A DNA stretch of 64,000 bases. Origin: a virus. Taxonomy: Duplodnaviria; Caudoviricetes. This document shows positions 42,264 to 50,941 of this stretch, in pieces. Under the pieces are notes generated by a model. That model searched no databases. It had not been told where the DNA came from and saw only the letters and a program-made list of their open reading frames with translations. Numbering within the stretch: the stretch's first letter is position 1; each line of letters begins with the position of its first letter. Both the position numbers and the translations under genes were made by a program. The DNA lies in the IMG/VR virus record IMGVR_UViG_3300037424_001630, positions 1 through 64,000 of that record; one strand, written 5' to 3'.

Positions 42264-42799
42264 GGTACAACGACACGTTCCTGCGGTTCGGCGGGCTCTC
42301 CCCCGTCGAGAAGGCGGGAAGCCCACATCCCCCGCACCCCAAGGTCATCGAGGTCGGTGACTGCGCGGTGGTGTCGGCGGAGATCCACGACCCGACCGAC
42401 TCCTTCCGGCCAAGCTCCGCCGCCGTCGGCAAGGACGAGCTATTCAGTCCGGTCGGCAAGGCGTGGTCTGACGAAGCCAGGGCGGCGGCGATCGAGGCTC
42501 GTCGTGCTGGTGGTGCGCGAAATAATCCTGCCGCGTCCGGAAGTGTCAGAAATCACCTCACCGCGCTTCAGGAGAACGCCGAAGACGCTAGGCGGGAGGG
42601 CAACAAGGACGGCGCCGCCCTTCTGATGGACGGGGCGAAGGCGTTAGCCGGGCAAGCCATTGACCCGAAGATCGCAGCCCGAGCGCACGCGCTCCTCGAG
42701 GAGCACGAGTCGGACGCGGAAAAGGACGGGAACCAGGAGCTCCTCGGCGCTATTCGGGCCGCCCGCGGCGCGCTGTCCCGGTACGTGAAGAGCTCATGA
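42260..42799 (+). CDS. Head-region protein with KAWSDEARAAAIEARR motif and helical cargo
   Basis: ATGA coupling; motif at 42458; the cargo after it has lower-GC codons. Confidence 0.6.
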   Translation: MRYNDTFLRFGGLSPVEKAGSPHPPHPKVIEVGDCAVVSAEIHDPTDSFRPSSAAVGKDELFSPVGKAWSDEARAAAIEARRAGGARNNPAASGSVRNHLTALQENAEDARREGNKDGAALLMDGAKALAGQAIDPKIAARAHALLEEHESDAEKDGNQELLGAIRAARGALSRYVKSS

Positions 42800-43080
42800 C
42801 GGCGTCGCAGCCCGCCGACGCCGTCCCCCAGCTGACCGGCGCACAGTGCCCGGGCGGCAGCGTCATGTACACCTGCTCCGGGCTGAACGAGCAGGGCAGG
42901 AAGTGCGGCAAGCTCCTGTTCGTGTGGGTCTCCCCGGCTGAGCGATCGACCGCCGCGCAGGGCCTCGCGCGAGTCGCGAGAGACGGCGTCCCCCTGGTGC
43001 CGGACCACGGGCGGATCGAGGTGAAGTGCCGGCGCTGCAAGACGGTCAACTTCGTGCTGCTCGACGCCGACTTCCCGTGA
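42796..43080 (+). CDS. Mu Com-like zinc-finger protein
   Basis: CGKLLF...IEVKCRRCKTVN. Confidence 0.65.
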   Translation: MTASQPADAVPQLTGAQCPGGSVMYTCSGLNEQGRKCGKLLFVWVSPAERSTAAQGLARVARDGVPLVPDHGRIEVKCRRCKTVNFVLLDADFP

Positions 43081-43112
43081 AAAATAGGAGTACCTAGACC
43101 GAACGAAAGCCG

Positions 43113-43121
43113 TGATATGAT
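43113..43121 (+). promoter_or_regulatory. Candidate extended -10 promoter (TGA TATGAT) for scaffold/capsid genes
   Basis: TGn-TATGAT in an AT-richer intergenic gap before 43190. Confidence 0.45.
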
Positions 43122-43189
43122 GGGTACCGAGTAGTAGACACGCGGAGCGCCTAGAGCGCCTGTCGAACCCGAACCAAGGGAGACACGAC

Positions 43190-44002
43190 ATGGCAAAGGC
43201 TCAGGAGCTCAAGGACCTCGACGTTGATCGCGTGGACGGCGTCGACAAGCCCGCCACGGGTCGCAACTTCCTCCTCTTCAAGAGCGAGGACGGCGACGCC
43301 ATCATGAAGGGCTACGGCGCCGTCGCGACCGCGGCCCACATCGTCCTCGAGAAGGTCCGCAAGGACTCGAAGGCCGTCGTGAGCCGGAAGAGCGCCATCG
43401 CTCTCAACGGCCTCGCTCAGGTCCTCGGTGAGGGCGCCGTGTTCGTCGGCAAGTCAGTCCCCACCCAGCCGTACATGCTCACCGAGCCCGACGTCAACGC
43501 CCGCGGTCCCGCGGACGAGAAGCTCGGCCCCAACTTCACCGCCAAGGCCGGCCCCGGCAGCATGGTCGGCAGCGTCCAGTTCAGCGTGGAGGACGCCGAC
43601 GGCGTCGCCAAGGCGTGGCCGCCCGCCGACGACGAGAAGGAGAAGGAGCCCGAAGAGGACGACATGATGAACGGGAAGCAGAAGCCCAACCCGTTCGCCA
43701 AGAAGGGGCTCGAGAACTTCGGCGACAAGAAGGCGGCGCCCTTCAAGTCGGAGGACGGCTCCGAGGGCATCGTCCGGAGCATGGAGGCCATGGCGAAGGC
43801 CATGGAGGCGCTCCCCGGCCAGATCGTGAAGGCCCTGGTCGCCGGTCCGGTGCAGAAGGACGCGGGTGACGAGCCGGCCGAGCCGGTGCGCCCGAGGTCC
43901 CGGCAGATCGAGGAGGACGAGCCCGTGCGGGTGAGGAAGTCCGGCGGGTACGAGCCGCGCATGGGAGTGTCCTTCGCGGACATCGCGTTCGGCAAGCGGT
44001 AG
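43190..44002 (+). CDS. Capsid scaffolding-type protein
   Basis: ELKDLDVDRVDGVDKPATGRNFLLFKS N-terminus typical of genes between XkdF-type protease and capsid; acidic/Lys-rich C-half. Confidence 0.7.
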   Translation: MAKAQELKDLDVDRVDGVDKPATGRNFLLFKSEDGDAIMKGYGAVATAAHIVLEKVRKDSKAVVSRKSAIALNGLAQVLGEGAVFVGKSVPTQPYMLTEPDVNARGPADEKLGPNFTAKAGPGSMVGSVQFSVEDADGVAKAWPPADDEKEKEPEEDDMMNGKQKPNPFAKKGLENFGDKKAAPFKSEDGSEGIVRSMEAMAKAMEALPGQIVKALVAGPVQKDAGDEPAEPVRPRSRQIEEDEPVRVRKSGGYEPRMGVSFADIAFGKR

Positions 44003-44064
44003 ACGACAACAGCTCTGCCGCGCCACCGAGCGCCCCGAGCGAGACGAAAGGGAGGACGACGACA

Positions 44065-45057
44065 ATGCTGCTCCGATGGCTGGAGAAGGCGACGTGGACC
44101 ACGCCGGACATCATCGCCCCTGCGGGGGGTGGATACCTCTCGCCGCAGCAGGCGCGGGAGTTCCTGCGCGTGCTGATCGACGAGTCCGTGCTGCTCAAGG
44201 AGGCCAACAACCAGACCTCCGCGAGCCCGAAGTTCGAGGTGCCCCGCCTCTCGTTCGGCAACCGCATCCTGCGGCCCGGCACCGAGGGCGCGCGCCTGGC
44301 CGACGCCGATCGCGTGAAGCCCCTGACGGGTCTCGTGACGCTGTCGACCAACCTCTTCAAGGGGGAGGTCCCGGTGTCCGACGAGCTGTTCGAGGACAAC
44401 ATCGAGCGCGACGCGCTGGCGGACACCATCATGGTGATGATCGCCGAGGCGGTCGGGCGCGACACCGAGGAGTACGCGATCAAGAACGACACCGACCGGA
44501 CCGCGGGCGACGGCGCGGACTTCGCGCCGCTGTCACAGTTCGACGGTCTCATCAAGCAGCTCCAGACGGGGCTGCCCGCCGCGCACCGGCTCGACGGCGC
44601 AGGCATGACGAGCTACGACCAGCTCTTCCGCAACATGATCGCCTCGCTGCCGGCCAGGTACCGGCGCGACCCGACCGCGCTGCGGTTCTACGTGCCCGTC
44701 AAGCACAACGACGGGTACCAGAGCGAGCTGGCGGGGCGCGGCACGCCGCTCGGCGACACGAACGTGACCGAGAACCTGCGGCTGAAGCTGGCGTTCCGCG
44801 GGGTGCCGGTGGTCCCGATCCCGCTCATGACGGGGGTCAGCACCATCGACGGCGCGGAGATCGACTACGACGGCTTCGCCATCCTGACGCACCCGCAGAA
44901 CCTCTACGTGGGCTGGCACCGCCGGATCCGCGTGGAGCGGTGGCGCGACCCGAGGGACGGCGCGACCAGCTTCCTGCCGACCCTCCGCTTCGACGTGAAG
45001 TACGCCGACCCGAGCTTCGGCGTGCTCGCGAGCGGTATCGAGCTCGGCTCGCTGTAG
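44065..45057 (+). CDS. Major capsid protein (HK97 fold, XkdG-like)
   Basis: GGGYLSPQQAREFL, LFEDNIE, FDGLIK, THPQNL, LPTLRFDVKY; 330 aa; position after scaffold. Confidence 0.88.
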   Translation: MLLRWLEKATWTTPDIIAPAGGGYLSPQQAREFLRVLIDESVLLKEANNQTSASPKFEVPRLSFGNRILRPGTEGARLADADRVKPLTGLVTLSTNLFKGEVPVSDELFEDNIERDALADTIMVMIAEAVGRDTEEYAIKNDTDRTAGDGADFAPLSQFDGLIKQLQTGLPAAHRLDGAGMTSYDQLFRNMIASLPARYRRDPTALRFYVPVKHNDGYQSELAGRGTPLGDTNVTENLRLKLAFRGVPVVPIPLMTGVSTIDGAEIDYDGFAILTHPQNLYVGWHRRIRVERWRDPRDGATSFLPTLRFDVKYADPSFGVLASGIELGSL

Positions 45058-45076
45058 GACCTGACGCGGACCTGAC

Positions 45077-45106
45077 GCCGGCGCGCCCCTGACCGGGTGC
45101 GCCGGC
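45077..45106 (+). terminator. GC hairpin after the capsid gene
   Basis: gccggcgcgccc-ctgacc-gggtgcgccggc, 12-bp stem; U-tract weak. Confidence 0.45.
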
Positions 45107-45197
45107 CGCTGTAACCTTCGCGCGTCTGTGATGCGCGACGGTCGACGTCAACTTCCGCCCCCGGCGACGGGGTGTGGGGACGAAGGGGAGAGAGACC

Positions 45198-46211
45198 ATG
45201 GCCATCACGGACGAGTCACGCCGGTACGCAGACAACCTCCGCCGCAAGCGGCGCTACCTCCAGGGGCGCGGCGTCAACCTCCGCGAGACGATCGTCCTGT
45301 CGGACGCGGTGTACGTGGACGACCGGATCGTCGTCCCCGGCCTGCACGATGACGACGACATCATCAGCGTCCTCAACATGACGGACCTGGTCGACGTGAC
45401 CGGGTACCTCGACGACGCTGGCGAGTTCGCGACGATCGACATCTTCACCGTCAACAAGGGGATCCGGTTCACGGCCCTCCGGGTCGGCGCTGGCGGCAAC
45501 AAGATCGCCATCAAGGCGGCGGCTGACCCCGCCGTGTCCCAGCCGCTCAGCGTGGACATCGGCGACTACGACACGCTCTTCGGGACGACCGGAAACCCCG
45601 GCAAGACGGGCATCCTGGTCAACCTGGCGACCGACGCGGCCGGTGTTGCGCTGGTCTCGGCGGTCAACAGCGCGGCGAACGTCTTCGTGGCGATCATCGA
45701 CGCGCAGGAGGCCACGATCGGCTCGGCCGTCGTCGACCTCGCCCTCCTGGGCACCGGCGCGACGGCGTGGACCGCGACAGGCCCGACCGCCCTGGCGGGC
45801 GGGGCGAGCTTCCGGCAGGGTCCGACCGCCGCGCAGCTCGACATGACCGACACGTTCATCCGGTACACGGCGCGCACGCGCGGGACGGACGGGAACGCCA
45901 CCACGATCACTCACACGGCCGGCGGCGCTCTGGCGGTGGCGGTGATCGGGACGGCCATCACGGTCACCTACGTGGACGACACGACGACCGTGCAGGAGGC
46001 CATCGACGCGGTCAACGCCAGCGCGACGGCGAGCGCGCTCGTCCTCGCGAGCCTGCAGCCCGGCGCCGACGGCACCGACGTGCTGACGGACAACCAGGGC
46101 CCGACCGCCCTCGCGGGCGGCATCGATCCGGGTATCCAGCTCTCGGAGGTGTCGAGTACCAAGAAGCTCAAGGTGCTCTGGCTGACGCGCGACGAGCTCG
46201 ACGAGAACTAG
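45198..46211 (+). CDS. Virion structural/decoration protein with two copies of a sheath-insertion-like domain
   Basis: IRFTALRVGAGGNKIAI and IRYTARTRGTDGNATTI...GPTALAGG repeats. Confidence 0.6.
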   Translation: MAITDESRRYADNLRRKRRYLQGRGVNLRETIVLSDAVYVDDRIVVPGLHDDDDIISVLNMTDLVDVTGYLDDAGEFATIDIFTVNKGIRFTALRVGAGGNKIAIKAAADPAVSQPLSVDIGDYDTLFGTTGNPGKTGILVNLATDAAGVALVSAVNSAANVFVAIIDAQEATIGSAVVDLALLGTGATAWTATGPTALAGGASFRQGPTAAQLDMTDTFIRYTARTRGTDGNATTITHTAGGALAVAVIGTAITVTYVDDTTTVQEAIDAVNASATASALVLASLQPGADGTDVLTDNQGPTALAGGIDPGIQLSEVSSTKKLKVLWLTRDELDEN

Positions 46212-46247
46212 TCCGCGGCGCCGTAGAGGCCCATAGGAGGTCCGAAC

Positions 46248-46628
46248 GTGAACGACACGAGAGTGCTGGGCAGGTCATACGGGTACGTGATGATCCCCGT
46301 CGGCGGGCTCACCGTCGACGGGGTGAAGTTCCCCGCGGGGCCGCGGGCTCCCGGCAAGAGCGGGTGGTACAAGAGGCTGCTCGAGGCGGGGTGCGCGCGG
46401 CTGACGCAGGAAGAGTACGAGGATCTGATACGAGCGAGCCAGTCCCTCGCCCCCACCGGCGCGGGTTCGGCTCAGGGAGAAGCGAATGGCCGACCTCGCG
46501 ACACTCGCGGAGATCAAAGGGCGCCTGGAGCTCGCCGACGTGGACGCGACCCGGGACGCCGTCCTCGAGGCGTGGCGCCTGGCGATACAGGAGAGGGTGC
46601 TCGACCTGACGGGGTTCCTGCTCCCTGA
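46248..46628 (+). CDS. Hypothetical head-region protein
   Basis: SD AGGAGG; GTG start; C-terminal part overlaps the next gene and may be spurious. Confidence 0.4.
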   Translation: MNDTRVLGRSYGYVMIPVGGLTVDGVKFPAGPRAPGKSGWYKRLLEAGCARLTQEEYEDLIRASQSLAPTGAGSAQGEANGRPRDTRGDQRAPGARRRGRDPGRRPRGVAPGDTGEGARPDGVPAP

Positions 46629-47184
46629 CGACCCGTACTTCACCTCGATCCAGAAGGTCGAGGAGCAGCAGAACGTCCAGCTCGGCATGTCGCGCCTGAT
46701 GAAGTACCGCCCGCTCGTCCCCATGTCGACGGACCCCACGAAGGCCGTCACGCTCCGCGCCCGGATGCTCGGGTCGAGCACGTCCGACACGATCCTGGGG
46801 GAGATCCGCGACACCTGGCGCGCGAGGGTCATCGCCCTCGCGTCGGAGCTCCCGTCCGCGTCCGCGTGGCCCCCGACGGGTATCGGGGTCACGGCGGTGT
46901 GGCGACGGTGGCAGCAGGCGATATGGCCGACTATCGAGTACACGTACCTGGTCGACCCACTCGGGTCCCCGACGAACCCGACGCCCGAGGCTCTCAACCG
47001 CACCGTCGTCGAGTGGGCCGCGTTCGTGTGGGCCATGAAGCCGCACTCGGGGCGCGTCAGGTCGTTCAGCGCGGAGTCGGTCAGCGAGACGTACGAGAAC
47101 TACCCCGTCACGACGGCGGTGCCGCCGATCGTGAGCCTGCTGCTGTCGCGGTACATCCGGGGACAGGGGTCCCTCATCTTCTAA
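46486..47184 (+). CDS. Head-tail connector (gp6/gp15-like)
   Basis: LATLAEIKGRL N-terminus and VRSFSAESVSETY...LLSRY C-terminus; position after capsid. Confidence 0.7.
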   Translation: MADLATLAEIKGRLELADVDATRDAVLEAWRLAIQERVLDLTGFLLPDDPYFTSIQKVEEQQNVQLGMSRLMKYRPLVPMSTDPTKAVTLRARMLGSSTSDTILGEIRDTWRARVIALASELPSASAWPPTGIGVTAVWRRWQQAIWPTIEYTYLVDPLGSPTNPTPEALNRTVVEWAAFVWAMKPHSGRVRSFSAESVSETYENYPVTTAVPPIVSLLLSRYIRGQGSLIF

Positions 47185-47200
47185 GCGGAGGAGAACTGAA

Positions 47201-47932
47201 ATGCGAACCCAGTTGTTTCGCACGCAGCCGGTCCTGATCAACGACGCCGGCGTCGTCGTGGCGCTGAAGGACATCGACGGCGTCAACCCGTTCACGCTCT
47301 TCCTCGAGAACCGCTCCATCGCGGCGAGCCTGCGCACGCGGTTCGGGTCGAAGAACGCGAACATCCGCCTCGTCGCCGCGACGGTCGGGACGGTGGGGAA
47401 TGAAATCTCGCTGGAGATCACCGCCGCGGTGGACCAGGCGTTCTCGGTCGACGTGACTCCGGGGCCCTACTACCCGGACGGGGGCGCCATCACCGTCAAC
47501 CTCCGGTGCGACGGGGACGGGATACCGAACCAGTTCGTCTCCGACCTAGTCGACCTCCTGAACGCCGACGTGGACGTGGCGGCGCTCGTGCGCGTGTCCC
47601 GAGCGCTCGGGTCGGACGGCAGCGCGCACATGGAGCTGGTGGACGGCGACCCGACCCACGCCGTCGCCCTGACGTACCTGACGGGCGGGTTCGACGCGAC
47701 CGTCCTCGGGGCGGTGACGGTGGAGTACTCAGCGCTCGGGGCGCCGGACTTCGCTGGCCCGTGGGTGACGCTGACCGCCGCGGGGACCGCGCTCTCTACC
47801 GTGGGCGCCGAGGCGGTGAAGTCGTACGCCTTCGTCGACGTCCCGTTCGCCGGGCTGCGCGTGAAGGCGTCGAAGGGCGCCGCGGATACGATGGTGGTGG
47901 CGACGGCCATCGCCGAGAAGAAGGCGGTCTGA
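47201..47932 (+). CDS. Structural protein with sheath-insertion-like domain
   Basis: IRLVAATVGTVGNEISL...LTYLTGG shares the domain seen in 45198 and 49443. Confidence 0.55.
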   Translation: MRTQLFRTQPVLINDAGVVVALKDIDGVNPFTLFLENRSIAASLRTRFGSKNANIRLVAATVGTVGNEISLEITAAVDQAFSVDVTPGPYYPDGGAITVNLRCDGDGIPNQFVSDLVDLLNADVDVAALVRVSRALGSDGSAHMELVDGDPTHAVALTYLTGGFDATVLGAVTVEYSALGAPDFAGPWVTLTAAGTALSTVGAEAVKSYAFVDVPFAGLRVKASKGAADTMVVATAIAEKKAV

Positions 47933-48072
47933 TGAAGACGTGCGGACACGGGGCGGAGCACGACTACCGGAGGTGCTCGCCCTGCCAGCGGCTCCTTTCT
48001 GCTGAGGAGGGGCGGTACTGCTGGAGGTGCGGTCAGCTCGCCACGCGGCTCTGCCGCCCGTGCCAGAGGTGA
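47932..48072 (+). CDS. Small Cys-rich protein
   Basis: TGATG coupling; CGH, CSPC, CWRC, CRPC. Confidence 0.4.
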   Translation: MKTCGHGAEHDYRRCSPCQRLLSAEEGRYCWRCGQLATRLCRPCQR

Positions 48073-48076
48073 CGGC

Positions 48077-48448
48077 GTGACGGCGACGGCGTGGCTCCGG
48101 GCACTCCGCCACACGGTCACGGTGCGGCGGAACACGACGAGCGTGTCATCGTCCGGGTCGACGAAGTTCGTCTATAGCGTCGTGGCGACCGGGGTCAAGT
48201 GCGCGCTCCAGGACGGCGGCGGCCGGATGTCGCAGGCCGACGTCGGCCAGGACCCGAAGCGGAAGAAGAGGGCTCTGTTCGCGCCGGCGTACATGGGTGT
48301 CCTGCAGCAGAACGACGTCCTGCTCATCACCGCGGGCGCCGAGGTCGGGTCGTCGTACAAGATCATGCACCTCCACGACGTCCCGGACCCGAACGCGCCG
48401 CACGTCGAGGCCGACGTCGAGCAGGTAGAGTCCGCGGGGGGAGACTAG
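48077..48448 (+). CDS. Head closure/head-tail adaptor protein
   Basis: LRHTVTVRR...GVKCALQ...LQQNDVL...PHVEADV; position. Confidence 0.7.
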   Translation: MTATAWLRALRHTVTVRRNTTSVSSSGSTKFVYSVVATGVKCALQDGGGRMSQADVGQDPKRKKRALFAPAYMGVLQQNDVLLITAGAEVGSSYKIMHLHDVPDPNAPHVEADVEQVESAGGD

Positions 48449-48913
48449 GTGGGCGCCACCGTCCAGACGACGTTCTTCGCCGACGAGGTCGTCAGGCTCC
48501 AGGGCAGGAAGATGCTGCCGGCTATGACGGACATCGCGACGAAGTACGCCAACGGGGTCCAGCTGCTCATGCGCGACTCGCCTCGCACCGGGCGAGTCTA
48601 CAAGCGCGGGAGCCTCACGCACCGCGCGTCCGCGCCGGGGGAGCCGCCCGCGCCGGAGCACGGCGGCGCAGGGCTGCTCGGGAGCGTCAAGTGGCGCGTC
48701 CGCCAGGACGGAGACAGGTGGTTCGCCGAGGTCGGCAGCACGCTCCCGTACGCCCTCTACCTGGAGTACGGCGCGGCGAAGGGGAACCGCGGGGCGTCCG
48801 GGCGCCTGGAGTCCGTCTCGTGGATCCTGTTCCCCCGCCCGGCGTGGGCGCCTGCGCTCGTAGCGCTCCGGCCGCGCATACCCGGCATCTTCGCGAAGTA
48901 CGGGGGGAGGTAG
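48449..48913 (+). CDS. HK97 gp10-like tail completion protein
   Basis: HRASAPGEPPAP...GLLGSV...YALYLEYG...PRPAWAPAL. Confidence 0.8.
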   Translation: MGATVQTTFFADEVVRLQGRKMLPAMTDIATKYANGVQLLMRDSPRTGRVYKRGSLTHRASAPGEPPAPEHGGAGLLGSVKWRVRQDGDRWFAEVGSTLPYALYLEYGAAKGNRGASGRLESVSWILFPRPAWAPALVALRPRIPGIFAKYGGR

Positions 48914-48916
48914 ACG

Positions 48917-49348
48917 GTGGACCTCAGGGTCGCGATCCGAACGGCGGTCAAGACCGCCCTCGACGAGGCGCTGGGCGTGCTCTACGCGCCGTACGAGACC
49001 GTTGTCGTCACGTACCGGCCTACGCGGTCGCCCATCGTGCTCCCGGCGGTCACCTTCTACGACACGGGGCTGAAGCCGGACGACGTCGTCCCGCTGTACG
49101 ACAGGTCCCTGCACGTCGACGTCTGGACGGCCGGGGACCTGGACCTCGCCGAGGGCATCGCGCACGAGGTCAACCGGGTGCTCGACCACCAGGCGCTTGA
49201 GCTCCCCGGCGACGAGGGGCTGGTCGCGGCCCTGCTGCTCCAAGCCGACGACGACCTCCCGCAGTCGGACGCCGACCTGCTCCGGAAGCACCTCCGGTAC
49301 AGGATGCTGGCCTACTCCTTCACGGACCCGCCGCCGTTCGGGGAATAG
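48917..49348 (+). CDS. Tail terminator-like protein
   Basis: LPAVTF...LHVDVWT...IAHEVNRVL; position before the tail tube. Confidence 0.65.
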   Translation: MDLRVAIRTAVKTALDEALGVLYAPYETVVVTYRPTRSPIVLPAVTFYDTGLKPDDVVPLYDRSLHVDVWTAGDLDLAEGIAHEVNRVLDHQALELPGDEGLVAALLLQADDDLPQSDADLLRKHLRYRMLAYSFTDPPPFGE

Positions 49349-49359
49349 CGGTGAGACGG

Positions 49360-49368
49360 TGGTATAAT
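49360..49368 (+). promoter_or_regulatory. Candidate extended -10 promoter (TGG TATAAT) for the tail tube operon
   Basis: Perfect TGnTATAAT in the intergenic gap. Confidence 0.55.
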
Positions 49369-49442
49369 AGCGGGAGCAGCACTGGGGGCGGAAGCGCCGC
49401 GAGCGCCGGGACCTCGGTCACAGACAGAGGAGGCGCTTGACC

Positions 49443-50348
49443 ATGGCGAAGAACCCCCGGAAGCTGGAGCTGGGTCCGGCCAACATCTACATCACCACGC
49501 TTCCCAGGGCGGACGCGCTCATCCTGGGATACCCCGACCCGGACAACGGGGTCTACGTCCAGTCGGTCCGCCCCGGCGCGGGGTTCGACCCGGCCGGCAA
49601 CCCGGTCGACTACAGCGGCAACGACGTCACGATCCAGTACGTCGACGACATCACGAACCCGACCACGCCGACGGTCACGGTCACCGAGGAGGCGATCGTG
49701 GTCAACATCGACTCCGGCGTGACCACCGCGAATCAGGTCATCACCGCCCTCACGCAGAGCCAGAACGCCTCCTTCCTCGTGACCGCGGCGAAGGCGGCCG
49801 GCGGGAACGGCACGGGCCCGGTGACGACGACCGGCCCGACGTCGCTCACGGGCGGCGACGGCGCGGCCATCAGGACCGACGTCGGCTTCCTCGGCGACGA
49901 GGTCGCCTACCAGGTGACCACGGAGGCCGCGAACCTGACCGGCGCGCAGACGGGCAACGTCCCGCAGGACAAGGTCGTCATCGGCGGCATGGTCCGGGTG
50001 ATCGTGCCGTTCAAGGAGATCAGCCTCGACAACTTCCGCGCTGGCGTGCCTTCGGCGCGCATCGTGGAGAACAGCGACGGGACACGGCGCCGGGTGGACT
50101 TCACGGTCGCCGTCGGGCAGAGCATGCGCCAGACGCTCGCCGTGAAGATGGAGCTCGTCAAGATCAAGGGCGGCAAGGAGTCGTCCCTGGCGGAGGACAA
50201 GATCGTCATTCCGGCGATCAGCCCGGCCGAGGGTGAGGTCAACTTCCCCTTCGCGCCGGTCAATCAGCGCTTCATCATGACCAACTGGTACGCGTGGCCG
50301 GACGAGAACACGGGCCGCTGGGCCTTCACCGGCGACGAACTGCCGTGA
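49443..50348 (+). CDS. Major tail (tube) protein with inserted domain
   Basis: LELGPANIY N-terminus; DVGFLGDEV, VIVPFKEISLDNF; SD GAGGAGG; upstream of chaperones and tape measure. Confidence 0.75.
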   Translation: MAKNPRKLELGPANIYITTLPRADALILGYPDPDNGVYVQSVRPGAGFDPAGNPVDYSGNDVTIQYVDDITNPTTPTVTVTEEAIVVNIDSGVTTANQVITALTQSQNASFLVTAAKAAGGNGTGPVTTTGPTSLTGGDGAAIRTDVGFLGDEVAYQVTTEAANLTGAQTGNVPQDKVVIGGMVRVIVPFKEISLDNFRAGVPSARIVENSDGTRRRVDFTVAVGQSMRQTLAVKMELVKIKGGKESSLAEDKIVIPAISPAEGEVNFPFAPVNQRFIMTNWYAWPDENTGRWAFTGDELP

Positions 50349-50455
50349 CGACAAAGTAGAGGGAGCGGGCGGACGACTGGCCGGCACCGCCTTTGGCGGA
50401 GCATACGCCGAACAAAAGCCGGCACTCAACACAGAGGCCCAGGAGGAGGCTCAGC

Positions 50456-50941
50456 ATGCCGCGACACACGGTCAAGCCCGACGAAGGCGATCCCACGGAG
50501 ATGGTCACCGAGAAGGACGGCGTCTGGCGCATGGACGTCGACACCTTCCTCCCCAAGCCCGAGGGGTACATCAAGATCAAGCGGGTGGAGTACCCGATCT
50601 ACAGCTTCATCGACGTCCCGATCGACGCCTCGCTCAAGGTCGCCCGGCTCGGCGACGACATCAAGGCCGCCGAGCTCTACGACGAGAAACTGGAGCGCAG
50701 CATCGAGCAGATCATCCTGCTCAACCAGCCGTCCGGGCCCGATCTGCCCGCGGAGCTCCACCTGACCCGGGAGCACTTCAGGGGCGTGTCGCCGAAGCAG
50801 ATCATCACGCTGACGGTCCTGGCGTCGAGCATCGCCGGGGTCCCTCAGAAGGCCGCCGCGGAGGAGACCAGCAGCTCTCCCTCTCCCTCGCCCGCGTCGG
50901 CCGGTTCTACGGGTGGGAGCGAGGGGAACTCTTCCGACTGA
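50456..50941 (+). CDS. Tail assembly chaperone (G-like)
   Basis: Position between the tube and tape measure genes. Confidence 0.7.
   Translation: MPRHTVKPDEGDPTEMVTEKDGVWRMDVDTFLPKPEGYIKIKRVEYPIYSFIDVPIDASLKVARLGDDIKAAELYDEKLERSIEQIILLNQPSGPDLPAELHLTREHFRGVSPKQIITLTVLASSIAGVPQKAAAEETSSSPSPSPASAGSTGGSEGNSSD

Noticed and set aside
45198-46211. Contractile tail sheath
   Set aside because: Only the insertion-type domain is visible; too short, no sheath core or baseplate wedge genes, and the tube-chaperone-tape measure order is siphovirus-like
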